A stretch of DNA of 35,584 nucleotides from Anaerolineales bacterium (GCA_025057205.1 JANWXR010000003.1:1-35584); one strand, 5' to 3'; numbered from the stretch's first letter, positions 15,876 to 24,474 are shown. The notes: generated by a model from the sequence alone, not told the origin. Numbers and translations: made by a program.

Positions 15876-18800
15876 TCAAATCTTGACCAGCGCTTCGCGA
15901 TAGGCATCCAGCGCCTTCTGCAAGCGACCGGCGCGCATGTAGGCATCGCCGAGCAATCGCAGGAAAATCAGCGAGTCCGGGTTGCGGGCAAGGTAGGCTT
16001 CCAGTTCAACAATCACTTCGTCGAGCTTATGGCCCGACCGGATGAGGTGCTCAAAGCGCGCCTGCGCCTCAGCCAGTTCGTTGCTTTGTAGCGCTGCCTG
16101 CGCCTGACCAAGCACTGCGGTGTGGGTCTGGCCGGCGAAGGCTGACTTGCGCGGCTTGCGTGGTCGGCGCGTCAGGCGCACGCCGGTTGGGAGGCGTACC
16201 GCCGGCGTGCGGGCAACGACAGGCTCCGGCTGCTCTGGCAGCACGGAAGCAGGTGATGGCGTTGAGGCAGGCTCGGTCGCAGCAGTGGGGGGCGTGTCGG
16301 TGCGGCGGCGTGGGGTGCCGGTTCCGACTTCGGCGCGGCGCGCGCGGCGCTCTTCCATGCGTTGTTGGATCTCGCGCTGGGCGGCTTCCCGTTCGGCGCG
16401 TTCCCGCTCGAGGCGTTCGGCTATTTCCTGTTCCTTGGCGCGGCGACTGGCGGATAGGCGCTCGGCCAGGCGTACCAGCCGTTCATCGCGGCTCAGGGTT
16501 GAGGTGGCCGATGGTTCGGGGGGGGTCGGCACAGAGGCGATCGGCGGCGCTTTGACCCAGTCCGGCGGCTCGATGACCGGCTCAGGCACAGGCTCTTCCG
16601 GAAGGGGCGGCTCCGGCTCGGCCACCAGGTTGCGCAACTCTTCGGCGATCGGGGCTGGGCGCGCGGCCAAGCTCTCCAACCAACGCATGGCTGCGTCTTC
16701 ATCAATCATGGGTGGAGCAGCAGACGGCTCGGCGGGAGGAACCGCAGCTTCGGCTGGCAACTCTGCTTTTATAGCGGCTGACCAGTCTGACACGGTGGGT
16801 GCAGACGGCGCCGTAATCGGGGGAGGCTCTTCTTCCACCGGCACAGCCGTTTCACTCTCGGCGGTGATCCAAATGGGCGGGCGGTCGGTGCGGTCTTCGG
16901 GACGGGTCGTCAGTTCAGCAGGGTCTACGCCCTGACGCACAGCGAGGCTCTCCAGCCAGCGCATAGCCTCGTCATCACTCAACGTGCTGAAATCGGGCAC
17001 GGGGGCGGCAGCAGCGGGCGTCTTCGCTTCAATCGCCTCGGTCATTTCGAAGATATCGGGCAGTGTGCCGGTCGGCGGCATGAGAGGACTGGACGGCTCT
17101 TCCAAGTTGGCGGACTTTTCGATGGATTGCGGCGCCTCAACCGCCGAGGCCGGCTCCTCCGGCAATGTCCACTGGGGCGGTGCGCTCTCCGCTTCGGGCG
17201 GCGGGGTGAAGGCGGCCCGTTCCTCGGCAGTGGTCGTCAGCTCAGCAGGGTCAACGCCCTGACGCGCGGCGAGGCTCTCCAGCCAGCGCAGGGCGTCTTC
17301 CGTGCTCATCTCACCCACGTTGTGCACGGCAGAGGCGGGAGGCGTGGGCGCTTGGGCGAGGACAGGCTCAACCGGTGGTGCGCTCTCCGCTTCGGGCGGT
17401 GGGGTGAAGGCGGCCCGTTCCTCGGCAGTGGTCGTCAGCTCAGCAGGGTCAACGCCCTGACGCGCGGCGAGGCTCTCCAGCCAGCGCAGGGCATCGTCTT
17501 CACTTAGCGCGCTAACATCCGGCACAGCCGAGACCGAAGCAGCGGGTCGTTCGGGCGCACCGGCGGCCCATTCCGGCAAAGTCGGCTCGGCCGGGAGTTG
17601 CTCGAGGCTGGCTGCCGGTTGTTCAATCGGCGCAGGCTCGGCGGTCTGTTCTTCGGCGCGCGCCTGCGCACGCATTTTGCGCAACCAGTCGGGCACGTCC
17701 TTAGAGCGGAGCCACCCCACGATGGTTTCCGAAGCGCCGGGCGGGGCCGGCTCAGCCCAGGCCGGAACTTCCAGAGCAGGCGGCGCCGAGGTTTCTTCGG
17801 CGGCAGGCGGCGCTGCTTCACCGGCGGGCTCGGCTGAGGGTTGCGTAGCTTCGGGCGGGGTACGTAGCCAGTCTGGCACTTCTTCGAGAGCGATGGGCGG
17901 CAAGTCTGCGTCAGAGACTGCCGGCGGCGCGGAGTCAACAGGTGCCATTGCCTTCACCCAGTCCGGCACTTCGCCGACTTCAATCGCCGCTTCTTCTTCG
18001 CCGAGCGGCGTAGGCGAAGAGTCCCAATCCACCGGGGCGTTGGCGCGCGCAATAGCTTCTGGTGAGGCAGGCTGGAGGAAATCGGGCAATTCAACGGCAG
18101 GCGGAGAGACAGGCGCCTCTGCAGCAGCCGTTGCGGGCGGCGGCTCCGGCTCTTCGGGCGGTGCAGCCGATTTTTCGGGCGGCACGGCTTGCAACCATTC
18201 GGGCAAGGGGAGGGCTTCGGCGTCGGAGGCTGCGGCGGCAGTTCCACCGGCAGCAGTTCCGCCGACGGTTGCCAGCCAAGGCGGAAGTTCGTCAAGGTCG
18301 GTCGGGGCCGCCGGCTCGAGCCAGTCCGGCATGTCTGCTGCGGGTGTGGCGCTGGTTGCCGGTGGGATGTTTCTGAGCCAGGCGGGGAGTTCATCTTCAT
18401 CCAACATCTGGGTCGGCTCGTCCGGCCCCAGACGGCGTGTCAGCTCTCCTTCAGCAGAGTGCAAGGGTGCGGAAACATCCAACCCGCCAGTCTTCAGCCA
18501 GTCGGGCAGGTCATCCGCCAAGCGCGCCGTAGGGCCTTCGCCCGCAATGGGAGCAGTTGGCCGCCAATCGCCCAGCATTTCGGTGAGGGATGGCTCCACG
18601 GGCTTGGAAGGCGGCGGCGGGGCGATGTCCTTCAGCCAATCGGGGATTTCTCCTTCCGCGAGGGATGTAGTCATCGGCTTTCCGAGCGCTGTGACTGCCG
18701 GCTCCTGAGTCAGCCAGCCAGTTGGCTTGGTAGGATCTTTCGGCTGTTCTTCGGTTTCGTACGAGGGGCTGGCTATCACACCGGTGGTGGCCTTCATCCA

Positions 18801-19844
18801 GTCAGGCAACTCGGCGGTGACCGGGGCGCTGATCGGCTCCACGTCGCGCATCCAGTCGGGCACCTCCCCTGGCTCGGGCAATTCAGTGGTGAGGGCTTCG
18901 GCCAGGTCGTCGGTCAGTGCGCCGGTTCCGAGGGTGAGCGCGCCGGTCTGCCCGGCAAGCAGATCGGTGCCCAGACGCAACCACTCAGGCTCATCGGCGC
19001 TCACCGCCGGCGTCGCCGCTTCAAGATCGGCACCGAGCGATTCGGCCCAATCCGGTGCAGCAGCAGCCGAACGATCGGGGTCGTACACGAGCAGAGGCAC
19101 GCGGACGGCGTCATCGCGCACGGGGGCAGCCAGCGGGTCATCGGTGAAACGCTCATAGGGATCGAGCGCTTGCAGACGTTGTTGATAGGGCCGCGCTTCA
19201 TCGGCGCGGTTCTGGGCAATGAGTAGGCTGGCCAGCAGGCGGTTGGCTTCCTGGTTGTAAGGCAGCTTCTGAAGCACAGCGGCGGCCACTTCGGCGGCTT
19301 CGGCGCGCCGGCCGTTTTCGGCCAGCACCCGCGCCAGCAGGGCGCGCAGGTCTAAGCGCTCCGGGTCTTCGGCCAGAGCCGCGCGCAATTCGACCTCGGC
19401 CTGCGTGAACAGGTCGCCACGCGCATACAGGCGAGCCAGCCCGCCGCGGGTCAGGCGCGCCCGCGGCGGCACTACGCCGTCGCGGCGCCCATACAGCCGG
19501 CGCAATTCTTCCTGCACGGCGACGTTCGACGGGTTGCTCTCGAAGGCGCGCTCCATATGCCAAAGCGCGGCCTCCAGGTTGGATTCGTCCTCGCGCACGA
19601 TGGCCATGCCGACGTGGGAGACGAAGTCATCGGGCACAGCAGAGAGCACACGCTGAAAGATGTCGGCGGCGTCTCCATGGCGGCCCTTTTCTAGCAGCGC
19701 CTTACCCAGCAGGCGATAGGTCTCGATATTTTTGGGATAGTGGGTAAGGATGTGTTTACAGTGGGAGATCGCTTCATCGAACTGCTTCTGCTCGATGTGC
19801 TGATCAATCTGCCGGAGGTACGTGCGCAATGCGATGTCGGCCAT
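15876..19844 (-). CDS. Giant TPR-flanked protein with acidic/Pro-rich repeat core
   Basis: The start is taken at ATG 19844 (MADIALRTYLRQIDQHIEQ), preceded by a GAGGA SD; the track start at 19895 is TTG. TPR-like helices occupy both ends. The core carries about 15 copies of [ED][LVI]P[DEAP]W[LMV][KRQ] and 4 copies of RWLESLA. Confidence 0.85.
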   Translation of the reverse strand: MADIALRTYLRQIDQHIEQKQFDEAISHCKHILTHYPKNIETYRLLGKALLEKGRHGDAADIFQRVLSAVPDDFVSHVGMAIVREDESNLEAALWHMERAFESNPSNVAVQEELRRLYGRRDGVVPPRARLTRGGLARLYARGDLFTQAEVELRAALAEDPERLDLRALLARVLAENGRRAEAAEVAAAVLQKLPYNQEANRLLASLLIAQNRADEARPYQQRLQALDPYERFTDDPLAAPVRDDAVRVPLLVYDPDRSAAAAPDWAESLGADLEAATPAVSADEPEWLRLGTDLLAGQTGALTLGTGALTDDLAEALTTELPEPGEVPDWMRDVEPISAPVTAELPDWMKATTGVIASPSYETEEQPKDPTKPTGWLTQEPAVTALGKPMTTSLAEGEIPDWLKDIAPPPPSKPVEPSLTEMLGDWRPTAPIAGEGPTARLADDLPDWLKTGGLDVSAPLHSAEGELTRRLGPDEPTQMLDEDELPAWLRNIPPATSATPAADMPDWLEPAAPTDLDELPPWLATVGGTAAGGTAAAASDAEALPLPEWLQAVPPEKSAAPPEEPEPPPATAAAEAPVSPPAVELPDFLQPASPEAIARANAPVDWDSSPTPLGEEEAAIEVGEVPDWVKAMAPVDSAPPAVSDADLPPIALEEVPDWLRTPPEATQPSAEPAGEAAPPAAEETSAPPALEVPAWAEPAPPGASETIVGWLRSKDVPDWLRKMRAQARAEEQTAEPAPIEQPAASLEQLPAEPTLPEWAAGAPERPAASVSAVPDVSALSEDDALRWLESLAARQGVDPAELTTTAEERAAFTPPPEAESAPPVEPVLAQAPTPPASAVHNVGEMSTEDALRWLESLAARQGVDPAELTTTAEERAAFTPPPEAESAPPQWTLPEEPASAVEAPQSIEKSANLEEPSSPLMPPTGTLPDIFEMTEAIEAKTPAAAAPVPDFSTLSDDEAMRWLESLAVRQGVDPAELTTRPEDRTDRPPIWITAESETAVPVEEEPPPITAPSAPTVSDWSAAIKAELPAEAAVPPAEPSAAPPMIDEDAAMRWLESLAARPAPIAEELRNLVAEPEPPLPEEPVPEPVIEPPDWVKAPPIASVPTPPEPSATSTLSRDERLVRLAERLSASRRAKEQEIAERLERERAEREAAQREIQQRMEERRARRAEVGTGTPRRRTDTPPTAATEPASTPSPASVLPEQPEPVVARTPAVRLPTGVRLTRRPRKPRKSAFAGQTHTAVLGQAQAALQSNELAEAQARFEHLIRSGHKLDEVIVELEAYLARNPDSLIFLRLLGDAYMRAGRLQKALDAYREALVKI
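17179..17492. repeat. Near-identical 116-bp direct repeat pair, 198-bp period, inside the TPR gene
   Basis: 17179-17294 and 17377-17492 differ at a single base (gcggcgggg versus gcggtgggg). They encode DALRWLESLAARQGVDPAELTTTAEERAAFTPPPEAESAPP twice. More diverged copies lie near 16900-16975 and 16660-16700. Confidence 0.9.
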
Positions 19845-19932
19845 AGGCGTATCCTCGTCGCTGAGGAGTATCCTACGTTTTAAGGCATTTTGCAACCGGG
19901 AGGGAGGTAGAAAGAGGAGAGTGGAAAGTAGC

Positions 19933-19981
19933 GATTGGAGATTGGAGATTGGAGATTAAAGACTGAAGACTGAAGATTAGA
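19933..19981. repeat. Heptamer tandem array (GATTGGA)x3-GATTAAA-(GACTGAA)x2-GATTAGA
   Basis: Seven consecutive 7-mers between the HDAC and TPR genes. The last unit contains the HDAC stop codon (19977-19979). Confidence 0.9.
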
Positions 19982-21005
19982 GGTGGTGGAGGGATTTGAG
20001 GTGGGCGAGGCGGCGTCCTAGGTCCGGCTCGCGATAGGGCGCGGGGCCGAGTGGGTCGGGCGCGGAGTCGTAGCCGAGCAGGGCGTGCAGCGAGGCGAGG
20101 ACGCCGGCCGCCAGGGCTTCGCGGTCATAGCCGCCCTCCAACACCAGCACGAGTTTGCCGCCACAGTGCCGTTGGGCAATAGAGCGCAGAGCCTGCACCT
20201 GCCGGAAGAAGCCGGTCGTGGTGAACTGGAGCGAGGCCAGCGGGTCGCGCCAGTGGCCGTCGTAGCCGGCGGAGACGAGAAGGAACTCGGGCCGGAAACG
20301 TTCCGCCGCCGGGCCGATGATTTCCGCATAGACGCGCTCCGCCGCCGCATCGCCGGCGTGGGCCGGGAGCGGCACGTTGAGTGTGTAGCCCCGCCCCGCC
20401 CCCTCGCCGATCTCATCCACGTCGCCGGTTCCGGGATAGATACCCTCCTGATGCGTGCTGATGAACAGCACCGACGGGTCGGCATAGAAGACGGTCTGCG
20501 TGCCGTTGCCGTGGTGCACGTCGAAGTCCACGATCATCACTTTGCCGCAGCCGCGCGCCTGAGCATGCCGGGCGGCGATGGCCACGTTGCTGAACAGACA
20601 AAAGCCCATCGCTTGCGTGGGCGTAGCGTGATGGCCGGGCGGGCGCACCAGCGCGAAGGCGCTCTCGGCCTCGCCGTCGAGCACGGCGTCCACGGCGCGC
20701 AACACGCCGCCCGCCGAAAGCCGCGCGCACTCGAACGATGCCGGCGTGATATATGTCGGCGCGTAATCAATGAAGCCGGGCGCTTCAGCCATCAGGCGCT
20801 CCAGCGTCTCGATAAAGCGCGGTGGGTGGACGCGGGTGAGTTGTTCGAGGGTGGCGGGCTGGGGTTCAAGACTGATGATGGATGACTGAAGATTGGAGAC
20901 TAGAGATTGAACGGCGCGTTGGATGGCGGGCAGGCGCGCGGCGTTCTCCGGATGGTCGGGCAGGTCGTGCGCAAGCGAGGGGACGTAGGTGAGGGCGAGG
21001 GGCAT
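19977..21005 (-). CDS. Histone deacetylase-family (acetoin utilisation/acetylpolyamine amidohydrolase-like) protein
   Basis: 342 aa. Motifs include RPPGHHA, DFDVHHGNGTQ and SAGYDGH. Confidence 0.92.
   Translation of the reverse strand: MPLALTYVPSLAHDLPDHPENAARLPAIQRAVQSLVSNLQSSIISLEPQPATLEQLTRVHPPRFIETLERLMAEAPGFIDYAPTYITPASFECARLSAGGVLRAVDAVLDGEAESAFALVRPPGHHATPTQAMGFCLFSNVAIAARHAQARGCGKVMIVDFDVHHGNGTQTVFYADPSVLFISTHQEGIYPGTGDVDEIGEGAGRGYTLNVPLPAHAGDAAAERVYAEIIGPAAERFRPEFLLVSAGYDGHWRDPLASLQFTTTGFFRQVQALRSIAQRHCGGKLVLVLEGGYDREALAAGVLASLHALLGYDSAPDPLGPAPYREPDLGRRLAHLKSLHHL
20870..20911. repeat. Six heptamers of the GAYTGRA family lying in-frame within the HDAC gene
   Basis: The plus strand reads gactgat gatggat gactgaa gattgga gactaga gattgaa. 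That is 42 bp, or 14 codons, translated as QSLVSNLQSSIISL. Confidence 0.85.
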
Positions 21006-21040
21006 TGAATGGCGGGTGATGGATGGCGAATGGTGGATGG
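21006..21040. repeat. Five heptamers (TGAATGG CGGGTGA TGGATGG CGAATGG TGGATGG) abutting the HDAC ATG
   Basis: On the mRNA strand this reads CCAUCCA CCAUUCG CCAUCCA UCACCCG CCAUUCA AUG. Confidence 0.85.
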
Positions 21041-21065
21041 CTGACCGTTAGTTCCAAAATTCCCA

Positions 21066-22065
21066 CTACTTTTTCTGGGCCAGGTTCTGCCACTCCGCCA
21101 GTTGGTGGCGCACTTTCTTGGCTCACGGGTCTTCGATGGCTTCTCTGATTTTGAGCGAGTCCTGCGCATGGGCGATGGCCTCGGCGCGCCGGCCAAGCGA
21201 GTCGAGTGCGAGGGCCATGTTCCACAGCGCGTTGCCCTCGCCGCGCCAGTCGCCGATCTCGTGAGCGATGTTGCGATACTGCTCGCAGAACTCAATCGCC
21301 TTGCGCGTCTCGCCCAGGGCGACATAGGTCAGGCCAAAATTGCCGAGGTGGTTGCCTTCCATGCTGCGGTTCTTCAACTGTCGCGTCGCCTTCAGCCCGT
21401 CTTCCAGCCAGCGGATGCGCTCGGGCGGGTGCAGGCGCAGGGCTAGCACGTACGCACCGGCATTCAGGTAGTCATTGCACAAATGCACAGCGGCTTCGCT
21501 GAGACCTGTTGGGTCATGCAACGCTTCGCTTTGCCCAAGACCCCGCAGGTCTGGACTCGCCGCCCACTTTTGCCCTGCTTCGATGTGCGCGCGCTCAAGG
21601 TCGAACAGCGCCAGCCCGCGCAGAACGTTCTCATTACCTTGCAGGTACAACTCAGTAGCGGCGCTCAGTACGCCTTTATAGTGTTCAGCGTGGCGCAGTT
21701 GGGCCTGCGCCACTTCTTCTTCGGCGCTGCACTGCGCGCAGGCAAAGCACGGCTCAGGTCATACAGGACGTAGCGGCCCGCGCAGAAGTTGAGCATCGAA
21801 ACTCTCACCAACTCGCCCAGCGCGTCCTGCTCCACCTCATTATCTCTCCTCTCCCATACCGCGCGCGCCGCCGTCCGGTCGAAGGGTTCAGGGAAGACAG
21901 CCAGCGCCCGCCAGCGCCGTTGCAGCTCGGCGCTTAACAGGTCATAGCCTCAAACGCAGTACGGCAGCTTCGTTAATAAATGGCGATCGCACCCGCGCCG
22001 ATCGCAATTGCTCTGACATCGATGATGTCGCCGACTTCGAGTTTGTCGTTTGCGCTGTCGGCCAT
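21066..22065 (-). pseudogene. Decayed STAND (NB-ARC-like) NTPase remnant: N-terminal stub, winged-helix piece and TPR tail
   Basis: A 30-aa stub (22065-21973, MADSANDKLEVGDIIDVRAIAIGAGAIAIY*) comes first, and there is no P-loop. The winged-helix-like piece YDLLSAELQRRWRALAVFPEPFDRTAARAVWE...RYVLYDLSRA lies in another frame, implying at least 2 frameshifts. The TPR ORF 21713-21126 follows, then an in-frame TGA (21125-21123) where relatives would have Arg (EDP*AKKVRHQLAEWQNLAQKK, TAG at 21068-21066). Confidence 0.55.
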
Positions 22066-22169
22066 AAGCCCTCGCCCGTATGTGGGCGGGAGTATAACTC
22101 AGGCCGGGGCGAAGAATCACCGAAGCTGTCTCCTAGAAATTACCCATATCCTACCGCCAGGCACACCTT

Positions 22170-22175
22170 TATAAT
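22170..22175 (+). promoter_or_regulatory. TATAAT box 28 nt upstream of the metalloprotease ATG
   Basis: The sequence is cctttTATAATcccgg, with a GGATAAGG SD-like sequence before the ATG at 22204. The -35 is weak. Confidence 0.3.
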
Positions 22176-22203
22176 CCCGGTTACTGTGACCGAAGGATAA
22201 GGT

Positions 22204-23700
22204 ATGCCGGCCTGGCAGATGCGAATGGGAGTGATGGCGTTGCTCATGGTTGTGGGCGCGGCGCTGGCCGTGGCCCTAGCCACGCCGACCGTGTGGGGTA
22301 AGGAGAGCGGGCCGCTGTTCGGCGAGCCGGCTGGGCCGGTAGCGCTGGTGGCGCAGGCGGGGCCAGAGGTCGTGCGTCGCCGGCTGGCCAGCATCCATTT
22401 CGATACACTGGAGCAGGCTCGCCCTGGCAGTCGCCTAGAACTCAACTTGTTCGAGACGGTGACGCTTACAGCGCGGATTGAGTCGGTGCAGACCGTGTGG
22501 GCCGAGACCACTGCCTGGGTAGGCCACCTAGAGAACGAGCCGCTGGGCCACATCACGCTGGTCAAGCGGGGCCGGCGGCTGGACGGTCTGATTGCGTCGC
22601 TGGCCGGCGTCTACGAGATCCGCGGCGATGGCAACGGCCTGGCCATGATTGCGCAGCTAGACCAGTCCGCCTATCCCCCGGAGGGTGAGCCAATCCCCAT
22701 CAACCTGCCTGCCGCTCCAGCCGCAGCCGCGCATCCGCAGGCCGACGACGGCTCGATAATTGATGTGCTGGTGCTCTACACGCCGGCGGCGCGCACGGCG
22801 GCGGGCGGGACTGCGGCCATCGAGAACATCATCAATCTGGCCGTCGCCGGCACGAACCAGTCTTACGCCAACAGCAACGTCACGCAGCGACTCAACCTGG
22901 TCGGCATGAGCGAGGTGAGTTACACCGAGTCCGGCGACATGGGCCTCGACCTCGACCGGCTGCGCCTCACGAACGACGGCTTTATGGATAACGCCCATAC
23001 GCTACGCAACAGCCTGTATGCAGATGAAGTGGTATTGCTGGTAGAGAGCGGGCAGTACTGCGGCATCGCCTACCTGATGACGACGGTCTCGGCCGGCTTT
23101 GCCAATTACGCCTTCGCTGTGGTCGCGCGCGAGTGCGCCGTCGGCAACTACACTTTCGCTCACGAACTTGGCCACAACATGGGCGCGCGCCATGACTGGT
23201 TCGTGGACACGGGGACGACGCCGTTCACCCATGCGCACGGCTACGTCAACACGGCACAGGGCGCGCGCTGGCGCACCATCATGGCCTATAACACCCATTG
23301 CCAGGCGATGGGCTTCAATTGCAGCCGGCTGAATTACTGGTCGAACCCTAATGTGCTGTACAACGGCGCGCCGATGGGCGTCCCGGCCGGCTCCTCCACC
23401 GCCTGCACCCTGAACAACATCAACAACCCGCCCTGCGACGCCAACGATCAGCTGACGCTGAACAACACCGCCCTCACGGTAGCCAACTTCCGAGTCCGGC
23501 CCGCTGGCGGTACGGCCACGGTTACACCCAGCCTTGCTCCCACTCAAACAGGGACGACTACGCTAACAGCCATCCTTACTACCACACCCACTCGCACCCC
23601 GACATGGACTCCCACGCCGACAGGCACACGTACCCCTACGCCCACCCACACCGGCACGCCGCTGCCCAACCTCATCTTTATGCCGCTTATCTGGCGTTGA
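22204..23700 (+). CDS. Secreted zinc metalloprotease, metzincin/reprolysin-like
   Basis: It has a signal peptide (MGVMALLMVVGAALAVALA). The extended zinc motif FAHELGHNMGARHDW (HExxGHxxGxxHD) is present. A TP-rich linker and a short hydrophobic tail (PLPNLIFMPLIWR) end the protein. Confidence 0.88.
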   Translation: MPAWQMRMGVMALLMVVGAALAVALATPTVWGKESGPLFGEPAGPVALVAQAGPEVVRRRLASIHFDTLEQARPGSRLELNLFETVTLTARIESVQTVWAETTAWVGHLENEPLGHITLVKRGRRLDGLIASLAGVYEIRGDGNGLAMIAQLDQSAYPPEGEPIPINLPAAPAAAAHPQADDGSIIDVLVLYTPAARTAAGGTAAIENIINLAVAGTNQSYANSNVTQRLNLVGMSEVSYTESGDMGLDLDRLRLTNDGFMDNAHTLRNSLYADEVVLLVESGQYCGIAYLMTTVSAGFANYAFAVVARECAVGNYTFAHELGHNMGARHDWFVDTGTTPFTHAHGYVNTAQGARWRTIMAYNTHCQAMGFNCSRLNYWSNPNVLYNGAPMGVPAGSSTACTLNNINNPPCDANDQLTLNNTALTVANFRVRPAGGTATVTPSLAPTQTGTTTLTAILTTTPTRTPTWTPTPTGTRTPTPTHTGTPLPNLIFMPLIWR

Positions 23701-23718
23701 CGCTTTGCGCACGGACGC

Positions 23719-24219
23719 TCAGCGACTGGGATTGCCAGCAGCGCGCTCGACGCTCACCTTCACGGTCACTGTGCCTTCGTTGTCGCCAAGCAGGTCGTCG
23801 TTGATGCGGAAGTAGAGCATGCCCTCCGCATCGGCCCGCAGGCTCGTGCCACGACCGACGACGAAGGGCGGGCCATCCTCGCCAATACGTCCCAGCAGCG
23901 TGCCACCGAACGCGCCGTAGGTGGACAGCGGGTAGGTATTCACCGTCACCGGCTTGCCGCCTCCCTCTGGGCCGTGCAGCCCCACCAGCGGCGAGTACTG
24001 CCACTGCCCGCTCGCCGTCAGGCGCAGCACGTCACCGCGCTCCACTCGGATGCCCACCGACTGCCACTGGCGGTAGGCATAGATGGTATACGAGCCGGCG
24101 TCCTCAAATGCCTGGGGTCGCCAGTCGAGCGGGCGTAGCACTGTCGTGGCTGCGCACACCACCGCAGGCGTGAGCAGCAACAACAACCAGCCCCAAAGCG
24201 TGGAAGATTTTGAAGACAT
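23719..24219 (-). CDS. Secreted PA-IL (LecA)-like lectin-fold protein
   Basis: The start is taken at ATG 24219 (MSSKSSTLWGWLLLLLTPAVVCA signal). A LecA-like pattern follows: RGDVLRLTASGQWQYSP..GPEG...GGTLLGRIGEDGPPFVVG...GMLYFRINDDLLGDNEGTVTVKV. Confidence 0.65.
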   Translation of the reverse strand: MSSKSSTLWGWLLLLLTPAVVCAATTVLRPLDWRPQAFEDAGSYTIYAYRQWQSVGIRVERGDVLRLTASGQWQYSPLVGLHGPEGGGKPVTVNTYPLSTYGAFGGTLLGRIGEDGPPFVVGRGTSLRADAEGMLYFRINDDLLGDNEGTVTVKVSVERAAGNPSR

Positions 24220-24221
24220 GG

Positions 24222-24341
24222 GAGGGCATCCACAGATGACACAGATTTTTACAGATGAATCCACTGCAAGAATGAACCGCTGAGGGCATCCACAGATGAC
24301 ACAGATTGTCACAGATGAGTCCACTGCAAGAATAAACCGCT
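24222..24341. repeat. 60-bp tandem repeat, 2 copies, carrying the ATCCACAGATG...CAGATT..ACAGAT motif
   Basis: 24222-24281 and 24282-24341 differ at about 5 positions. The repeat directly abuts the lectin ATG. A related inverted motif, catctgtgttcatctgtgccatctgtgg, lies at about 24440-24468. Confidence 0.9.
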
Positions 24342-24474
24342 GAGAATGAAACGCCGAAAACGCACAAAGAGTGCAGAGTTCTTCATCGGTTATGTCTCCG
24401 CGTGCTCAGCGCGCTCCGCGGTAAAAATGAAGGCGAGCCATCTGTGTTCATCTGTGCCATCTGTGGAACAACAA

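Noticed and set aside
16120-19226. Plus-strand ORFs of 271-345 aa (16120-16935, 17677-18708, 18189-19226) antisense to the TPR gene.
   Set aside because: They mirror a stop-poor, GC-rich repetitive gene. Composition is Gly/Ser/Ala/Arg-rich with no domain signatures, and the minus-strand ORF is continuous for about 4 kb with TPR ends.
21123-21125. Second in-frame TGA (EDP-TGA-AKKVRHQLAEW), considered as another selenocysteine codon.
   Set aside because: There is no redox motif. The position corresponds to an Arg (CGA) in the EDPRA..VR pattern I recall from TPR tails. The surrounding gene has frameshifts and a large deletion, so it is a nonsense mutation in a pseudogene.
24220-24324. N-terminal extension of the lectin ORF (MDSSVTICVICGCPQRFILAVDSSVKICVICGCPP), which looks like a duplicated Cys-rich peptide.
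   Set aside because: It is the translation of the 60-bp tandem DNA repeat (60 is a multiple of 3). A proper signal peptide starts at the internal ATG 24219.
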